Positions 12,001-24,580 of a stretch of 64,000 bases of DNA are shown piece by piece (the stretch's first letter is position 1; each line of letters opens with the position of its first letter). Origin of the DNA: Raillietiella orientalis (lineage: Eukaryota); assembly GCA_036172245.1 (NCBI GenBank), contig JAYWIR010000013.1:3596001-3660000 (forward strand), written 5' to 3'. Position numbers and translations under genes: made by a program. Under the pieces are notes generated by a model, which saw nothing but the letters and a program-made list of their open reading frames with translations, was not told the DNA's origin and ran no database searches.

Positions 12001-14935
12001 GAAGCGCTTCTCCAGAACAGGATGGCACTCAGACGACGCGATCGCCGAGGCCTTCCCGTCGAACCCTTCGGAATTCGAGTGCCATCCCACGATCGCTCGC
12101 TCGGAGCGAGAGCGGGTAGAGGGAACGGATCCTGGGCTGCTGCTCTTCACGTTCCCTTGGAACCAATGCAGAAAGAAAAACAAAAAACTTGCGATGCCAC
12201 CCTGCGGGAGATCACTGGGCTTTATTGGCCGATGGTGCCTCGGCCGCACGGGTCGGGAGAGGGAGATGGGCTTTCCGCCCTGCACGTATCCCGAGTCGCC
12301 GCTGCCCCCAGATCGCGAGGGCGGAAACTCTCTCGAGACGAGACACACCCACCACCATCGCTCCACCGGGATACCTCAGAAACGCCGCTGGCCGCACAGA
12401 ATTTCGGATGGGCACGCGCGTTTTGACAGAAGGGACAGAAAAGATCAATGAGGGGTGGAGGGGGGGGGGGGAGGACACGGCGCGAGCATTTTGAGAGGCG
12501 CTCTCTCGGAGGAGGGGATCTGGCGCCATCCGTCCGCGCCGTGCAGAGCAGCGCCACGGACTGAGAATGGCGGAATCGAAACTTCCCGGGGGGTCCTGAG
12601 GAGGGGCACCTCGAGGAGAGGAGGGCAATGGAGAGCTCGGAGGTCCCTCTGCAAACAGTCCTGTCGCTTCCCGCGGAGGAGAGGGAAATTTACCGAAGGT
12701 GGGCGCAGCGGTTTCGTGCCTCCGCCGCCGCACATACCTGGCGGGCGACCTGAGACGCTCTGAGCGCTTTCGAGGAGTGGCGGCGTACCGACCGACCGAC
12801 CTCCCTCTGCGCCGAGCACACGACGGCACAGGACGGTCCAAAGGCTCCCTCCCGCGATCGGACACGGATCGGACAGGGTCACCCCGCGCAGGAATCCCTC
12901 CTTCCCAAGTGGCTCCCCTGCGCGCGCCGGCGCACCCGAAATGACGCTGCGAAACGAGGAAGAATTCGAACTGGCGGGTCGACGCGGGCGGGCCTGACGG
13001 GAAGTGTGGGGAGGGGGAAGCGAGGCCTCGCGCCGCGTGCTCGCCGGCACGGGTCGACTGCCGGAGCCCACCTCCAGCCCCCCGGAGGAACAGCCGGTGG
13101 CGCAGCGCGAAAGGGGACACCCGGGGCGCGGGCTGACGGAGGGACTCCTTCGTCCCTTTCCCGCCGGCAAGGGGCGTCCCGCTCCGGGGGAGGTCGGAGG
13201 AGACCGCTGCACCTCGCGCGCGCAGATGCCTCGGAGATTCTTGTGCGCGGGTGGTCGAACGCCGCAGCACCCTGCTGCGCGCGGGTGGCCGGGCGCGCTG
13301 CCACCGTCTTCCCCGGCGCGTCTCGAGCGCGATTGACCGCGAGGATCCTTGGCCGGGGCACTCGGCGCGACGCGAGGGCACGCGAGGAGGGGCCGGGAAC
13401 TCGGTGGGATTCCAGCGCGGCATGAAAAGGTAGTGCCGGTCGCCGCCGAAGAAGTCGAGGTCAGCGGCACGGGTGGTCAGCGGAGTGGGGGGATCTCCGA
13501 GACCCCCACCTCGCGCGTCAGGTGGCGCGAGCCGGGGGGTGCGCTCCGCGCTGTGGCGCGGACGATTCCGCGTGTACCCCCCACCCGCATCCCTCCCCAC
13601 CCCGACAGAAGGATCGCTGCTCTTCCGCAGAACCTTTCACTTTATTGGAAGGACGGTGGTGGCTGCGCCTGTCGGCGGAACACGGGGGAACCTTCTTCCA
13701 GGGCGGGAGGGGCAAGAGGGGGGAGGAGGAGGGGGGAGAGCATCGTGGAAGAGCGCCAGGGGGACTCTCGCGCGGAGGCAGCAGGGGAGGAGGAGGTGAT
13801 GGCGGTGGTAGTGGTAGTGGTGGTGGTGGTGGTGGTGGCGGCTGCGGCGGCGGCGACGTCCGCGGGCTGGGCGCCGGCTCCAGCCAAGAGGTGGTGCGTG
13901 GCGGCATCCGGAAAGGGGCTGCCAGCGTCCTTCTTGCTACTTGCTGCTGCTGCTGCTGCTGTTGCTGCTGCCGCCGCCGCTGCGCAGACCCGGCGCGGCG
14001 TCGCTGCCGCAGGGTCGTCACCTGGAGACGGGTCGTCGTAAGGAATAGGACGAGCACGAGGAAAAGGGGTGATTGGAGGGCGCGAACTCACCGATGGACA
14101 CGTCTCCGCGCGTGGCGCTGCGGTCGCGGTGAACGGACGTCCCCTGGAGCGTCCAGTCTTCCTCTCTCGCGGCACCAGCGCTACGTCACCTGGGGAGGAC
14201 AAGAGACGGGGCTGACCGACGGTCTCCTTGGCAGTGCACTCCTCTCCCCCCTCCCCTTCCCGGCAGAGGGCGGCAAAACGTTCCCTTGGAGACGGGAGCG
14301 CCTTGCCCCTCCCTCCCCCCTCCTTCGCACAGCAGCGACGAGCGCAACCAGCAGCCGGGAGCTCCGTGTCGCGAGAAGGCGGTGGTGAGCGCGCACCACC
14401 TGCGCGGAGGCGGTAGCCGCCGCTCGCCTCGCCCCTTCCGCGGTCATCCAACCACCCGCCCCCCCCCCCCCCCCCCCACCACCCCAGAGGGCTTACCTTG
14501 TGGTCGTGCTCGTCGCGGTGCGGCAACGTCGCCTGTCGCGCCGCCGCTCCCGCAGCTGCGTCCCGGAAAGGGGGTAGGCTGGGGCGGAGTGGGGGGGGAA
14601 GGGGGTTGGGCAGTCCCGAATGGCACGCACGGGAGGAACAGGATCGAGGAACGTCCGTCCTCCGATTCGGTCGGCACACGCACACCGCCGAGGGCTCCAC
14701 TACCACTACCACCACCACCACCACGGGGCATCGGAGGGGAGGAAGGGGGAGGTGAGGAGATGCAGGTCGCGACAAGGGGAAGGGGACGCGCGCGGGTGAG
14801 GAAAGGCCGGCGGTCGCCACCCTTTCCTCCTCCATCTCGTCTTCTTCGCTGTCCCTTCTTTTCTCCCTCTTCGCTTTTTGCTTTTTTTTTCGTTTTTTCG
14901 TTTTTTGGTTTTTTTTTTTTTGCGTTTATCCCCCG

Positions 14936-14941
14936 TTTATT
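14936..14941 (-). terminator. Candidate polyadenylation signal of FoxA
   Basis: AATAAA on the minus strand about 58 nt downstream of the stop codon; a second candidate lies at 13641-13646. Confidence 0.45.
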
Positions 14942-14998
14942 CGGCAGCCAGCGCGACGCGTAGGGGTGAGTCAGCCGTACGTCACGGGGGGCGTCCGG

Positions 14999-16384
14999 TC
15001 ACATGCCGGAGGTGACGCACGGGTGGTGCATGCCCGGATACATCCCGTTGTGCTGGTGGTGGTGGTGCGGGTGGTGGGCGTGGTAGTACATGGCCGGGTC
15101 GACGGCGTAGGGGTTGTAGGGGTCGGCGGCGTACAGCTTCATGTCGCTCTTGTCGGCGGCCGACGCCAGCAGACTGTTGATGGCGAACGGGTGGGCGTGG
15201 GTCAGGGGCGGGTAGTGGGAATGGGGGTGGTCCTTCAGGAGCAGGGCGGGGTGCACTCCGCCTCCGCCGGCGGCAGCCGAGTCCAGACGCAGCTGGTGGT
15301 GGTGCTGTTGGTGGTGGTGGTGGTGGTGGTGAGGGTCGACCACGACGGCCAGGTCGGGGGGGAGTTGCTGCTGCTGCTGCTGCTGCTGGTGGTGATGTCC
15401 CGTGGGAGGAGGCGCCAGCAGCAGGTGGTGGTGCTGCTGCTGCTGCTGGTCGGGGTCGGGCTTGGGGTGCTCGAGCAGCCCGGCGGGTGGCGCGGCCACG
15501 TGCATGCCCGGGGGGGTCGGCGACGCGGTCGCCAGGCCGCCTCCGCCGCCACCCGCCTGCTGCTGCTGCTGCTGCTGCTGCTGGCCGGCGGGCGGTCGCT
15601 TGGCGACGGCGCCTCCGCCCTTGCTCTGCTGCCGCTGGCGCACGGCCTCCTTCTTGTCGTCCTTGAAGCGCTTCTGGCGGCGCAGGAAGCACCCGTTCTC
15701 GAACATGTTGCCCGACTCCGGGTGGAGGGTCCAGAAGCTGCCCTTGCCCGGGCGGTCGGGGGTGCGGGGCACCTTCACGAAGCAGTCGTTGAAGCTGAGC
15801 GAGTGCCGGATGGAGTTCTGCCAGCGCTGCTGGTTCTGCCGGTAGAAGGGGAAGAGGTCCATGATGAACTGGTAGATCTCGGACAGGGTCAGCATCTTGG
15901 CCGCCGAATGCTGGATCGCCATGGTGATGAGGGAGATGTACGAGTAGGGCGGCTTGGCGTGCGTGTAGCTCCGCCGGTAGCTCTTGCTGTCGGCCCGGGC
16001 GCGCTGCAGCAGCGGTTGTTGCTGCTGCTGCTGCTGTTGATGGGGAGGTTGTTGCTGTTGCTGCTGGTGGTGGTGGTGGTGCTGCTGGTGGTCCTGCGAC
16101 ACGCCCATGCACGAGCCGGAAGCGGGAGACGTCCCCATGACGACGGCGGCGGCGGCGGCTGCTGCTGCTGCAGCGGCGGCGGCCGCGGAGGTGGGGAAGG
16201 GGTTCGAAGACGAGGACGAAGGAGGGGAAGACAAGCAGCTGGGATTCATCATCGCTTGCTGCTGCTGCTGCTGTTGCTGGCGGCCGTAGGGGTCCATGGA
16301 CACGGTCATCCCGTTGACCGCGTAGGCGCCCATCATCCCCATGCCGGCGCCGTTCATGTCGCCGTACAGCTTCTGCGTGATCAT
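14999..16384 (-). CDS. FoxA: FoxA / fork head (HNF3/PHA-4 class) winged-helix transcription factor, single coding exon, 461 aa
   Basis: Uninterrupted ORF with a complete FoxA-type forkhead domain ([23 protein letters not shown]...[55 protein letters not shown]). The N-terminus MITQKLY resembles arthropod Fkh, and the C-terminal region has an eh1-type motif HPFAINSLL followed by DMKLY. Long polyQ, polyA and polyH tracts are present. Confidence 0.98.
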   Translation of the reverse strand: MITQKLYGDMNGAGMGMMGAYAVNGMTVSMDPYGRQQQQQQQQAMMNPSCLSSPPSSSSSNPFPTSAAAAAAAAAAAAAAVVMGTSPASGSCMGVSQDHQQHHHHHQQQQQQPPHQQQQQQQQPLLQRARADSKSYRRSYTHAKPPYSYISLITMAIQHSAAKMLTLSEIYQFIMDLFPFYRQNQQRWQNSIRHSLSFNDCFVKVPRTPDRPGKGSFWTLHPESGNMFENGCFLRRQKRFKDDKKEAVRQRQQSKGGGAVAKRPPAGQQQQQQQQQAGGGGGGLATASPTPPGMHVAAPPAGLLEHPKPDPDQQQQQHHHLLLAPPPTGHHHQQQQQQQQLPPDLAVVVDPHHHHHHHQQHHHQLRLDSAAAGGGGVHPALLLKDHPHSHYPPLTHAHPFAINSLLASAADKSDMKLYAADPYNPYAVDPAMYYHAHHPHHHHQHNGMYPGMHHPCVTSGM

Positions 16385-16899
16385 CGGGGGCGCCCGTCCC
16401 TCGCTAGGGACATCCTTCCGTGCGCGGCGGGGGCGGCAGCTGAGCTCCCTCGATTACCTTCCGCCTCCCCGAGGCGCCGGCGGTGCAACTCGGTGCAGGT
16501 GCGGGCGGGGCGGTGGCACGGAAACAGGGGGGGAGGGGGCGCCGGCGGGCGGGCGGACGGGGCGACGCTGTCCCTCGTGGCACCTGGGTCCGACGGCGAA
16601 GACCAAGGGGAGGGGAAAGGGGGAGAGCAGGGGGCAACTCCGGCGGCGCGCGACCTGGATCGAGGGGTAGAGGGGGGGGGGAGGAGGGCGTCGGCGTCGG
16701 CGGCGGTCAACTTTCCGGCAGCGGGGCGGCGGTCGCAGCACAACGCGGCGCACACACAACACACACGTGCGCCGCGCGTCCGCTGCGTGCGCGCCACGGG
16801 TAAATCAGGTGGCGGCGCGCTCCGGCGACTGTTCCTGGCACGGCGGCGGCGAAGACGTTCCCGTGGAAACGCCGCCCGTTGTTTGCCGAACGCGGAGCA

Positions 16900-17100
16900 C
16901 TGTAAACCTGACTTTTAACGCGGTGCTACCTTGGCTGGGACGGGCGGGAAGCGGAGTCCCGGAGAGAACGCCCACACGGAGCGAGGCGGCCAATCAGGCG
17001 CGCCTCCTCCGAGCCGCCGCTCGGCTCTCTCCGGTCGGAGGGTTGCTATAGAGACCGAGGCAACGGGCGAGCGCGTGTTTGCTTTCGCAGCAGTCGCGCG
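16900..17100 (-). promoter_or_regulatory. Candidate FoxA core promoter
   Basis: 0.5-0.7 kb upstream of the ATG: CCAAT box (GGCCAATCAG, 16990-16994), forkhead site TGTTTGC (17076-17082), an AT-rich patch at 16902-16918 and an adjacent GAGA tract. The start site cannot be determined from sequence. Confidence 0.4.
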
Positions 17101-17155
17101 CTGCCGCCGCTGCCAGCGTTTCGCTGAGGTGGCGACCGCGGCGGCGGCGGCGCAG

Positions 17156-17215
17156 GGAGAGGGAGGGAGGGAGAGAGAGGGGAGAGAGAGAGAGAGAGAG
17201 GGAGGGAGGGAGGAG
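17156..17215. repeat. GA/GGGA polypurine microsatellite upstream of FoxA
   Basis: About 60 nt of pure purine (GGGAGAGGGAGGGAGGGAGAGAGAGG...GAGAGAGAGAG...). Confidence 0.85.
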
Positions 17216-17517
17216 ATGGTGGCGGTGGTCGCACCTGCGTGCGCGCGCGCGCACCCTGGACGGCGAACGGTGAGTGCGCGCGCGCGCGCGCGAGGGGGTG
17301 GGGACGGAGGAGGGACGCGCGTGCGCAGCAGCGGCGCAGGGAAGGTTTCGCTCTCGCGGGAGCGGCGTCTTTCTCCTGCCAGACATCCGCCCGCTCCTCC
17401 CCCGTTGTGCCCATTTTCCGTCCGCGCGCATGGGGGCAGGCAGACTGCTGCGATGGCGCCCGCGCTTGCCGCCGCCGCCGCCACCCCACCTCTGCAGCAG
17501 CGGCGCCAGCGGCGGCA

Positions 17518-17552
<35 letters not shown>

Positions 17553-20500
17553 CTTTCCATTCTTTTTTTTTTTTTTTTCCGGTTGGCTTTTTTGTTTTAC
17601 GACCCGCCAAAACCGCGCTTCATTAGCGGCTGTCCGGACGCCGCCGGCGGCTCTCTGGACGCCGCCGCGCTAACAATGGGAAAGCGGCGCGGATTCCCAC
17701 ACGCATCGGAAGCGCCCTCTCCGCATTCCGGGGAGGCGCCGTGCGAAAGTCGCCAAAGACAATATTGATATTTCGGGTTTTTCCCACGGGCAGCGGTCGC
17801 CGCGCCGCCCAGCACCAGCGCGCGCGCGCGCGGGAAAGCGCCCGTCTCAAAGGTCGCCCCTTCCTCGCTGTCCGCTCGGCGTGGCGGCCCACCGGCCGCA
17901 GCTCCTGCGTTCGGTGGGCACCTCCTGGCGACGAGGACGGCGGTTGGCTGCGCGCCGCAACCCCCTCCTTCCAGCCTTCCCTCGTGACCTTGCGGTTGCC
18001 CGCCCGCCGCTCTGGACCATCCGCCAGCGTCCCTCCCTCCCTCCCCCGCGATCGTCTTCGGCACACCCACCTTTCTCCCCCAAGCGCGTCCTTGCCACTC
18101 CCACTGCTCTCCCCCTCTGCCGCAGCCGCGATGGCGGCCGTGGTTCGCCTCGTGCGCGGAACGAGCGATTGGACGGGGTCGTTGGACCCCTGCGGTTCGC
18201 GAAGCTTCCCGGAGGAACGCTGGAGAGCGGGGAGGCGATCCCGCCCCGCCGTGGGCGGGATCCGGCGCGTCGGCCCGCGAGTCCCGAGAGAGCGCCTCCC
18301 GGAGCGCTCGCTCGCGCGTGCGCCACTCGGGTGGCGGCAGCCCGGCGGGGAGTCCAAATTTCCGGCCGTGCGCGCCCCGCGGGCGAACCGGAAGCCGGGG
18401 CGGTGTCTGCGGGACGAAGGGCCGCGGCTTCCAGGCGTCCATCCCCTCCGGTGGGGGAGGGACGCCTTCCGGCCTCGGACGTCCGTCCCGACACCCGGGA
18501 ATTCCCTTCGTCTCCCGATCCCGCGGCAAGCGGCGGATGGTTCGGCGGGAGGAACGGGAGGGTGGGGGGTCGTCCCTTCTTTCTTTCTTTTTTTTCCCCT
18601 AAGGGGTAGAGGGGCGCCGGCGGAAGGATGGATGGCGCGCGAGGGCTGGGAGCGGCGCGGCTGCGGACGGGAAGAGGGAGGGAGGAGGGTGCGAGCGAAA
18701 CCGGGACGACGACGCAACCAAAGTCTCTCCCAGTTCCGGCCGGTCCCCATTGTTCGGGCAGAGGGGGAAAATTCGTGGGGCGGTTCCGGAGGGGACGCGC
18801 GTCGCTTTGTCACGCCACTTTGTCTGCCGCGTAAACGCGGTGTCACCTCTCCGCCCTTTTTTTTTTTTTTTTTTTTTTCTATTTTGTCCCGTTCGCCCCG
18901 CTCGGTGCTCGCCCGCGGCCACGCAGGGCGCGTCCGTCTATAAATCGCGCGACCGACAAGGGGCGTCCGCTCGCGCGCACGCGCATGCGCGCCTGCGGGA
19001 CGACACCGCAGCGGGACCGCACCTGCCGCTGCCAGGGTGTCGCCGGCGCCGCAGGGGAGCGCACGCGCCGGGGGGCGGGCAGAAGGAGGAAGAGGTGGGC
19101 GCGACCGCCGCCGCCGCCGCCTTCTTCCGGGGGAACGTGCGCGGGGCGCCCCGGGACGGTGGCCACCCCAACCGAGGCCGAGTCTCCGCCTTCTCTCCCT
19201 CCCTTCCCCACCCCGTCCCCTTCCGCGCCGCACCGGGAACGCGTTCCTCCCTCCGCTCTCCCGCGCCTCAATCCAGGAAGACCTCCGGGAACGGACGATC
19301 CCGCCGCGGTAGCATCGCGACGCTCGCTCGCGCCACGTGGTTTCCTCCCGCCGCGGCGCACACCCTCCGCCCCCGCGCATGCGCGGCGCGCCAGGTTGAG
19401 GTCGCGAGCGCGTGGACGTCTTCTCCTCCTCCCCCTCTCTGCCACGGTCAGCAGCGCCACGGGACCTCGCTGTGCGTGCAGCGGCGGCGACGCTGGACCA
19501 TGGATGCTGCTGCTGCCCGTCTCGAGTGCCTCGGATCGAGAGTGGCCGGATGCCGCGGCACAGAGGACCTAGTCCGAATCCACCACACCAGGTGGTGGCA
19601 GGGAAGAGAGGGAGGCACGCGCAGCCTCCCAAGTCCTGGACCTGCGAGGCGCTCCCTTTGCGGGCGTCGCCTCCGCACGACAGGCTGCGGGGAGCGGAGC
19701 TGCCGTGCGCCCGGTGGCACCTTCTACGGCGACACGGGCACTCGCTGGGCCCCGACCCCTAACGGTCTCGCCGTGCAGGGCGGTCCACCTGCGGCTCCCG
19801 CCACGCCTTCCTTTGTTTTTTGCCCAGAACCCGGGCGGCTCCCTCCCTCCGCGGGCCATCGCACGTCTTCCCCTCTCCTTTGCCCCTCACGCAGCTCTCC
19901 CTGCTCTCCGCCGCGCTTCGGAAGGGGCCCGGGTGGAGGGGAGAGACTCTCTCGCCTTCGGCACCGCCGGGTTCACTCGTGGGCAGAGGCCACGAGTCGC
20001 GCCTCCGGGGATCTCATGGGGTCAAACGGAGACTGGGAGGGGCGAGACGGAAGGTGGCTCGCAGTTGCGTGAGGACGCACTCCCGCCCCCGACGTCGGGA
20101 CCCGGGTTGTTGTAAGCTCCGCCGGTTTCCCATTTCGCGATGACCTGCCGAAGCAGTTCCGCCGGCGGCGACCTTCCGCAGGTGACCGAGCGGATGCCTC
20201 TTCCGTGCCGGGAGGGGTGAGTTGGAGGCCCGGAGCAGCGCGACCTCGGCGTGCTTGGCCTCCAATCTCGCGGCCTCGAATCCCTCGTCGCCGTACAGCA
20301 ACACGCCGGTGGCGCCTCCGCCACCGCCGGTGGAGCGGACGGGGTCTCATGGGGGCAGCTCCTTCCCGTGGAAGGGTCGACTCCATCGCTGCCGGGGTCC
20401 TCCCGCCCGCCAGTGCTCTTCGCCAAGCCCACCTCCGCCCTCCCCTTCCCGCGTCCGAGATTGCCGGCAGGCGCGACCGGGCGGGCATTGATCCGCTGGT

Positions 20501-23500
20501 CCTCGTGCTGCCGTCGATCGGCGTCCCCATTAATAAATGATAGGTCGAGTGGGGTGGGGGCGAACCCCTGTGGTCGCTCGGGACACGCGATCTTGGGAGG
20601 CACGCGATCCCGGGGGCCGCCTCTTCCGCGCCCAGACCGGTGATCCTCAGGGAGTTCCTGTGAATAAAAGATGATGGCGCGCGACTTCCGGAGGCGGCGA
20701 TGCCTCGCTGCCTCCGCACCGGGCGCGCGGGCGTCATCTCCCGCGCCCGTCTCTGCCACACCCACCGCCTCTTCCTCCCATTTCACATGCTCGTCTCTGC
20801 GACTGCCCCCCTACCCCGAGTCCCGCGGCACTCGGTCGGTTGCTACCCCCGCCGCCGGAAGGTCGCGGAAGCCATGGCGATGACCCGCTCGCGACGCGCG
20901 CGGGCGGGTCATCGCGTACCCCGCCGAGAGAGGTGGTCGCGGCGGCGTCCAGCGCGCGTGCGGCCGGGGGCGGACGTGCCGTTCTCCCGGGTACCTCCGG
21001 CAGCGCGGCTCGCGCCTCCTCCCGCGCCCTATCGGGACGGCATCCCGAAAGGGAGCGCGTGACCAGGAGAGCCCGCTGCTGGTCGGCGCACGTCTTTCTC
21101 CGCAGTCCTCGGGCGCGGGGAGGCGGCGGCGGGATTCGCGCGGGTGTGACAGATGGCCGGGGACGGGTCGCGTGCCGGCTACCTGCGCCCCGCTCGCGAG
21201 CAGGGAAGCAGGCGACGACGCCTGGGGGAAGCAGGAGAAGGGGAGGGGGGAGGGAAAGCCCCCGCTCCCCAACGACTTTTCCTCGCACCATCCTCCTTCC
21301 GCTTCCTTCGGGGAACTGGCGGCGGCGGCGGCTGAGGGGCGACTTCTCGCCAATGCGCGCGCGTCGCCATCTGCCCGCCCAGTCTCTTCCGGCCGGGATG
21401 GGCAGCGCCGTTTGGCCGCTGCCGGACGAGGTGGGTGGTCCCGGGCGCAGCGTGTGAAGAGCGCGCGCGCTCGGCTGCTAATGGCTCGTTCTCCCGCCAG
21501 CGGGTTGTCGCGCCGCCGCCCGGAGGAGCGCCGGTCCGCGCTACCGGGTCGCGCGCGCGTCTCCTCTCCGTCGGAGGTGCGCGGGAGATGCGCGCTCGAA
21601 GGCCCGCCGCGCGCCTTCATCGCTCGAAGCGAAGAATTCCGCAGGCGGCGCGCCCGCGTGGGGGAGGGGGGAGGTCGTGCGCGGAGAAAGCGGGAGGAAG
21701 GGGGGGTTCCGCAGTGACGGCCGGCCGGTCGCGCCTCCGACGACGGCACTACGTCCGTCCGTCCGCCGGGCGCGTCCTTGGGAGGTGCAGACGGGGGGTC
21801 TCGCTGGGCGGCAGCACGTGGCGGCGTCGCCAAAGCTCTCCGAAGTGGTGCGCGCACTTGCTTTCCGCCGGCCTTTTCTTCCTGGCAAAGGGTCGCGCCC
21901 CTAAGGGGCGGAAACGGCACCGCTCCCGCTTTCTCCCGGTGCGCGATCGCGGGAGGTGACCACCGCCGCCGCCGCCGCCGCAGCCCCGTGTCTCCCCCTC
22001 CTCGCTTCCTTCGTGGAATTGCGAGCGCGTCGCGCGCGCCCATGGTCCACGGTGTTCCCCGTCTTCGTTAGCTGACTTCGTTAGAGCCCCGCGTCCTCCC
22101 TTTCGTTCCTCCCAACCGGGGCATAATTGAGGCTCGGCCGGGAGCCTCTCGTTTCCAGGCAACACTTCCGCGACTGCTGCTCGTAATTATCTTGTCAGCG
22201 AATTATCAACTCCACTGTGGATCCCGCGCGCGCTTCCCCCAGCAGGCTCTTCGTCGTCGCCACGCGCGCGGGAGGGGGGATGCGCCTGCGCAGAGAGTCT
22301 GCTGGGAGATCCGAGTCCCGGGTCCGCCGCCGTTCCCCGAGGAAGCCGCGCGGTGCAGCAGCTCCGCCGCCGGCACGTTCCAACCTCTCCGTTCCACTGA
22401 CGTCACTCCGACAGAACGGATGACGTCACCCCGGCGAGCGGACGCGACCTTCTGGAATCACCGGTTTTGGGGGGAAGCGCAAGTGGAAGGCTCGGCAGCA
22501 GCAGGAAGGACCTCCGGGAAGGGGGGGGGGGGAATCGCACCCCGGAAACTCCACGACGGCACGCGCGCGCGCGCAGATTCCACGGCTTCCACGACACTGG
22601 CGAGGTCCCGGAGTCCGGAGATCACGAAAGCGTGTTGCGAGGCAACGCGGCCGCTCTCTGGAGCGGAGCGCGTGCGGCCGGCCGCTTCTCGAACCTCCCC
22701 GTGCAGTTTGACCGACCGAAAACCCGGCAACCCACTTCGGGAGTCTCGAAGTTTCCACGCGGCCTTGGCAGCTGCTGCTGCTGCCGTCGCCGCCGCCGCC
22801 ACCGTCTCGCGCGTGCGGAGCTTCGGGTCCACGGCTGGCCGTCCGCGCATCCCTTCCTCCCGGGCCTCCCACCCCCATCCGCCCTCCCTCCCTCCAAACG
22901 CCGGCTTTCCGTCTTCGCAGGCAGTTCTCCGTGGAAACCGTCCGCCCGCAAGGGCGCCAGCGGGGCAACGGAAGCTCCCCCCGCCTGCCCGGGCCGAACT
23001 GAATGCAGCACGTCCTTGCGCGTTTTCGGAAGCTCGGCGTGGCGCAGCTGTGCAGCGGGAGGGAGAGGGAATGGAAGGAGGGATACACCCCTTCTCCTCC
23101 CTTTCCCTCTTTTCCTCTCCTTTTTCGTGGGGATCTATCTGTGTGCACCGGGATACACGCAGCAGCAGCAGCATCAGCAGCGTGGACTGCTGCTGCTCGG
23201 CCCGTCGCGAGAATGACGGCCCGCGCAAGAAGGACGTATTTGTTGAAAGGGCCGTCTCGGGCGCGGCCCCCGAGGAGATGTGGCGGCGACGCTCTTCGGC
23301 GCCCGGCGAACGGAGTCTCCGAATTCTCGTTTATGGGCCGACAGGGCGTACGCGAAGACGCTGCTCGGCGGCGGCCCACTTTTCCTCGTGGGCTTCCATT
23401 TTTGTTTACCGGACGGTTTTTGTGGGGAACGAACGAACGGAGCGGAGCGATCCCCCAATGGCGGGCGAACGCCTTAAAAACTTTCTATTTGTTTTCCCTA

Positions 23501-23879
23501 AACAGAGATCTTCTCGTCCGAGCCGTCTCCGGGTGTCAGTCAAGTTTGAAGGTTTCGCCTCCCGGACTCCCGGGGTCGCCGGGCGGACTCCCGTATAATG
23601 TGACGGTGTTGTTGTTCCCCCTTCCCCCTCCTCCCCCCGTTAAATCGTTGTAATGATCTCGCTTATTTAACTTTCCCTGTCGTGTCACTGCCACAGGCGC
23701 GCGCGCGCGTTTGAGGAGGACGAACGGTGTGTTTGGCAGAAGTTTGCCGTCCTCCGCCGCCGCCGCCGCGCTTTCCCCGCGCTCCCCGGGGCGCGCGTGT
23801 GACTCCCGGCCGCAGCGCGACCGTGCTGGAAGCCGTGGGGGGGGGGGGGGGATGTACATATACGAATTCTGGTAATCGT

Positions 23880-24580
23880 CACTGCATGTGCAAATATTTC
23901 TCGAAGCCTTTTTTGCTGCTCTTCTTCTTGTTGTTTTTTCCCCCCTCGGATTGCTTTTTGAATATGCCCCCCCCCAGCTCGCCCTCCCCCCCGCGAAAGA
24001 CGGCGGTGCCCGCGCTCGCGTTTAATTGCTTTCGTAAACGTTCGTTCGAAACGAAAAGAAAAACGGAAGCATTCGTCAGGAGGAGAAGAAAATTCCTCCC
24101 TGCAAACGGAGCGCTCATGATAACATGATGATTAATGCAAGCCGCGTTGTCCAAAAGGGTGAATATAAATAAATAGCAGCAAATATCAGCATTGGAACTT
24201 TTCTCTCCCTCCCTTTCTGTTTGCAAATATCTGCCGAGGCCCATTACTGAATGAAATCGTAAGATGGAAGCCGCGATTTGGTAATAATTTGCGAATCTCC
24301 TCGACGCGCCGAGCTCCCGCCGAATGGATTGTTTTTCAGGTCCAGCACGCGCAGCATCCCTCCAACCGCACGTTTGGTGACGGTCCCGTCGACGCGTACC
24401 TCGGGAAGGGGTCCTCCGCTTCCTCCCCGCACGCGAGCGGAAGAAAGGAACGGCGGGAGGAGGGGAAGAAAGGAGGGAAGAGAAAAAATTCAAAAGTTTT
24501 TCCAAAACTTTTTCGTGGTTCCTCCGCATCTGTTTGGAGAGCGGGCGGCAGGCGACCCCGCAGTAAACAAGCAAACAAAA
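23880..24580. promoter_or_regulatory. Forkhead-site cluster, candidate FoxA autoregulatory enhancer
   Basis: RYAAAYA/TRTTTRY matches at 23890, 24165, 24169, 24179, 24218, 24223, 24563 and 24571 inside an AT-rich island. Confidence 0.55.

Noticed and set aside
14966..16918. 650-aa plus-strand ORF and the 376-aa alternative minus frame over FoxA
   Set aside because: Shadow frames caused by GC-rich codon usage and triplet repeats in the FoxA CDS; no domain recognised.
20220..20310. LINE reverse-transcriptase-like peptide VLLYGDEG (minus)
   Set aside because: Short match with no YADD core or other retroelement features nearby.
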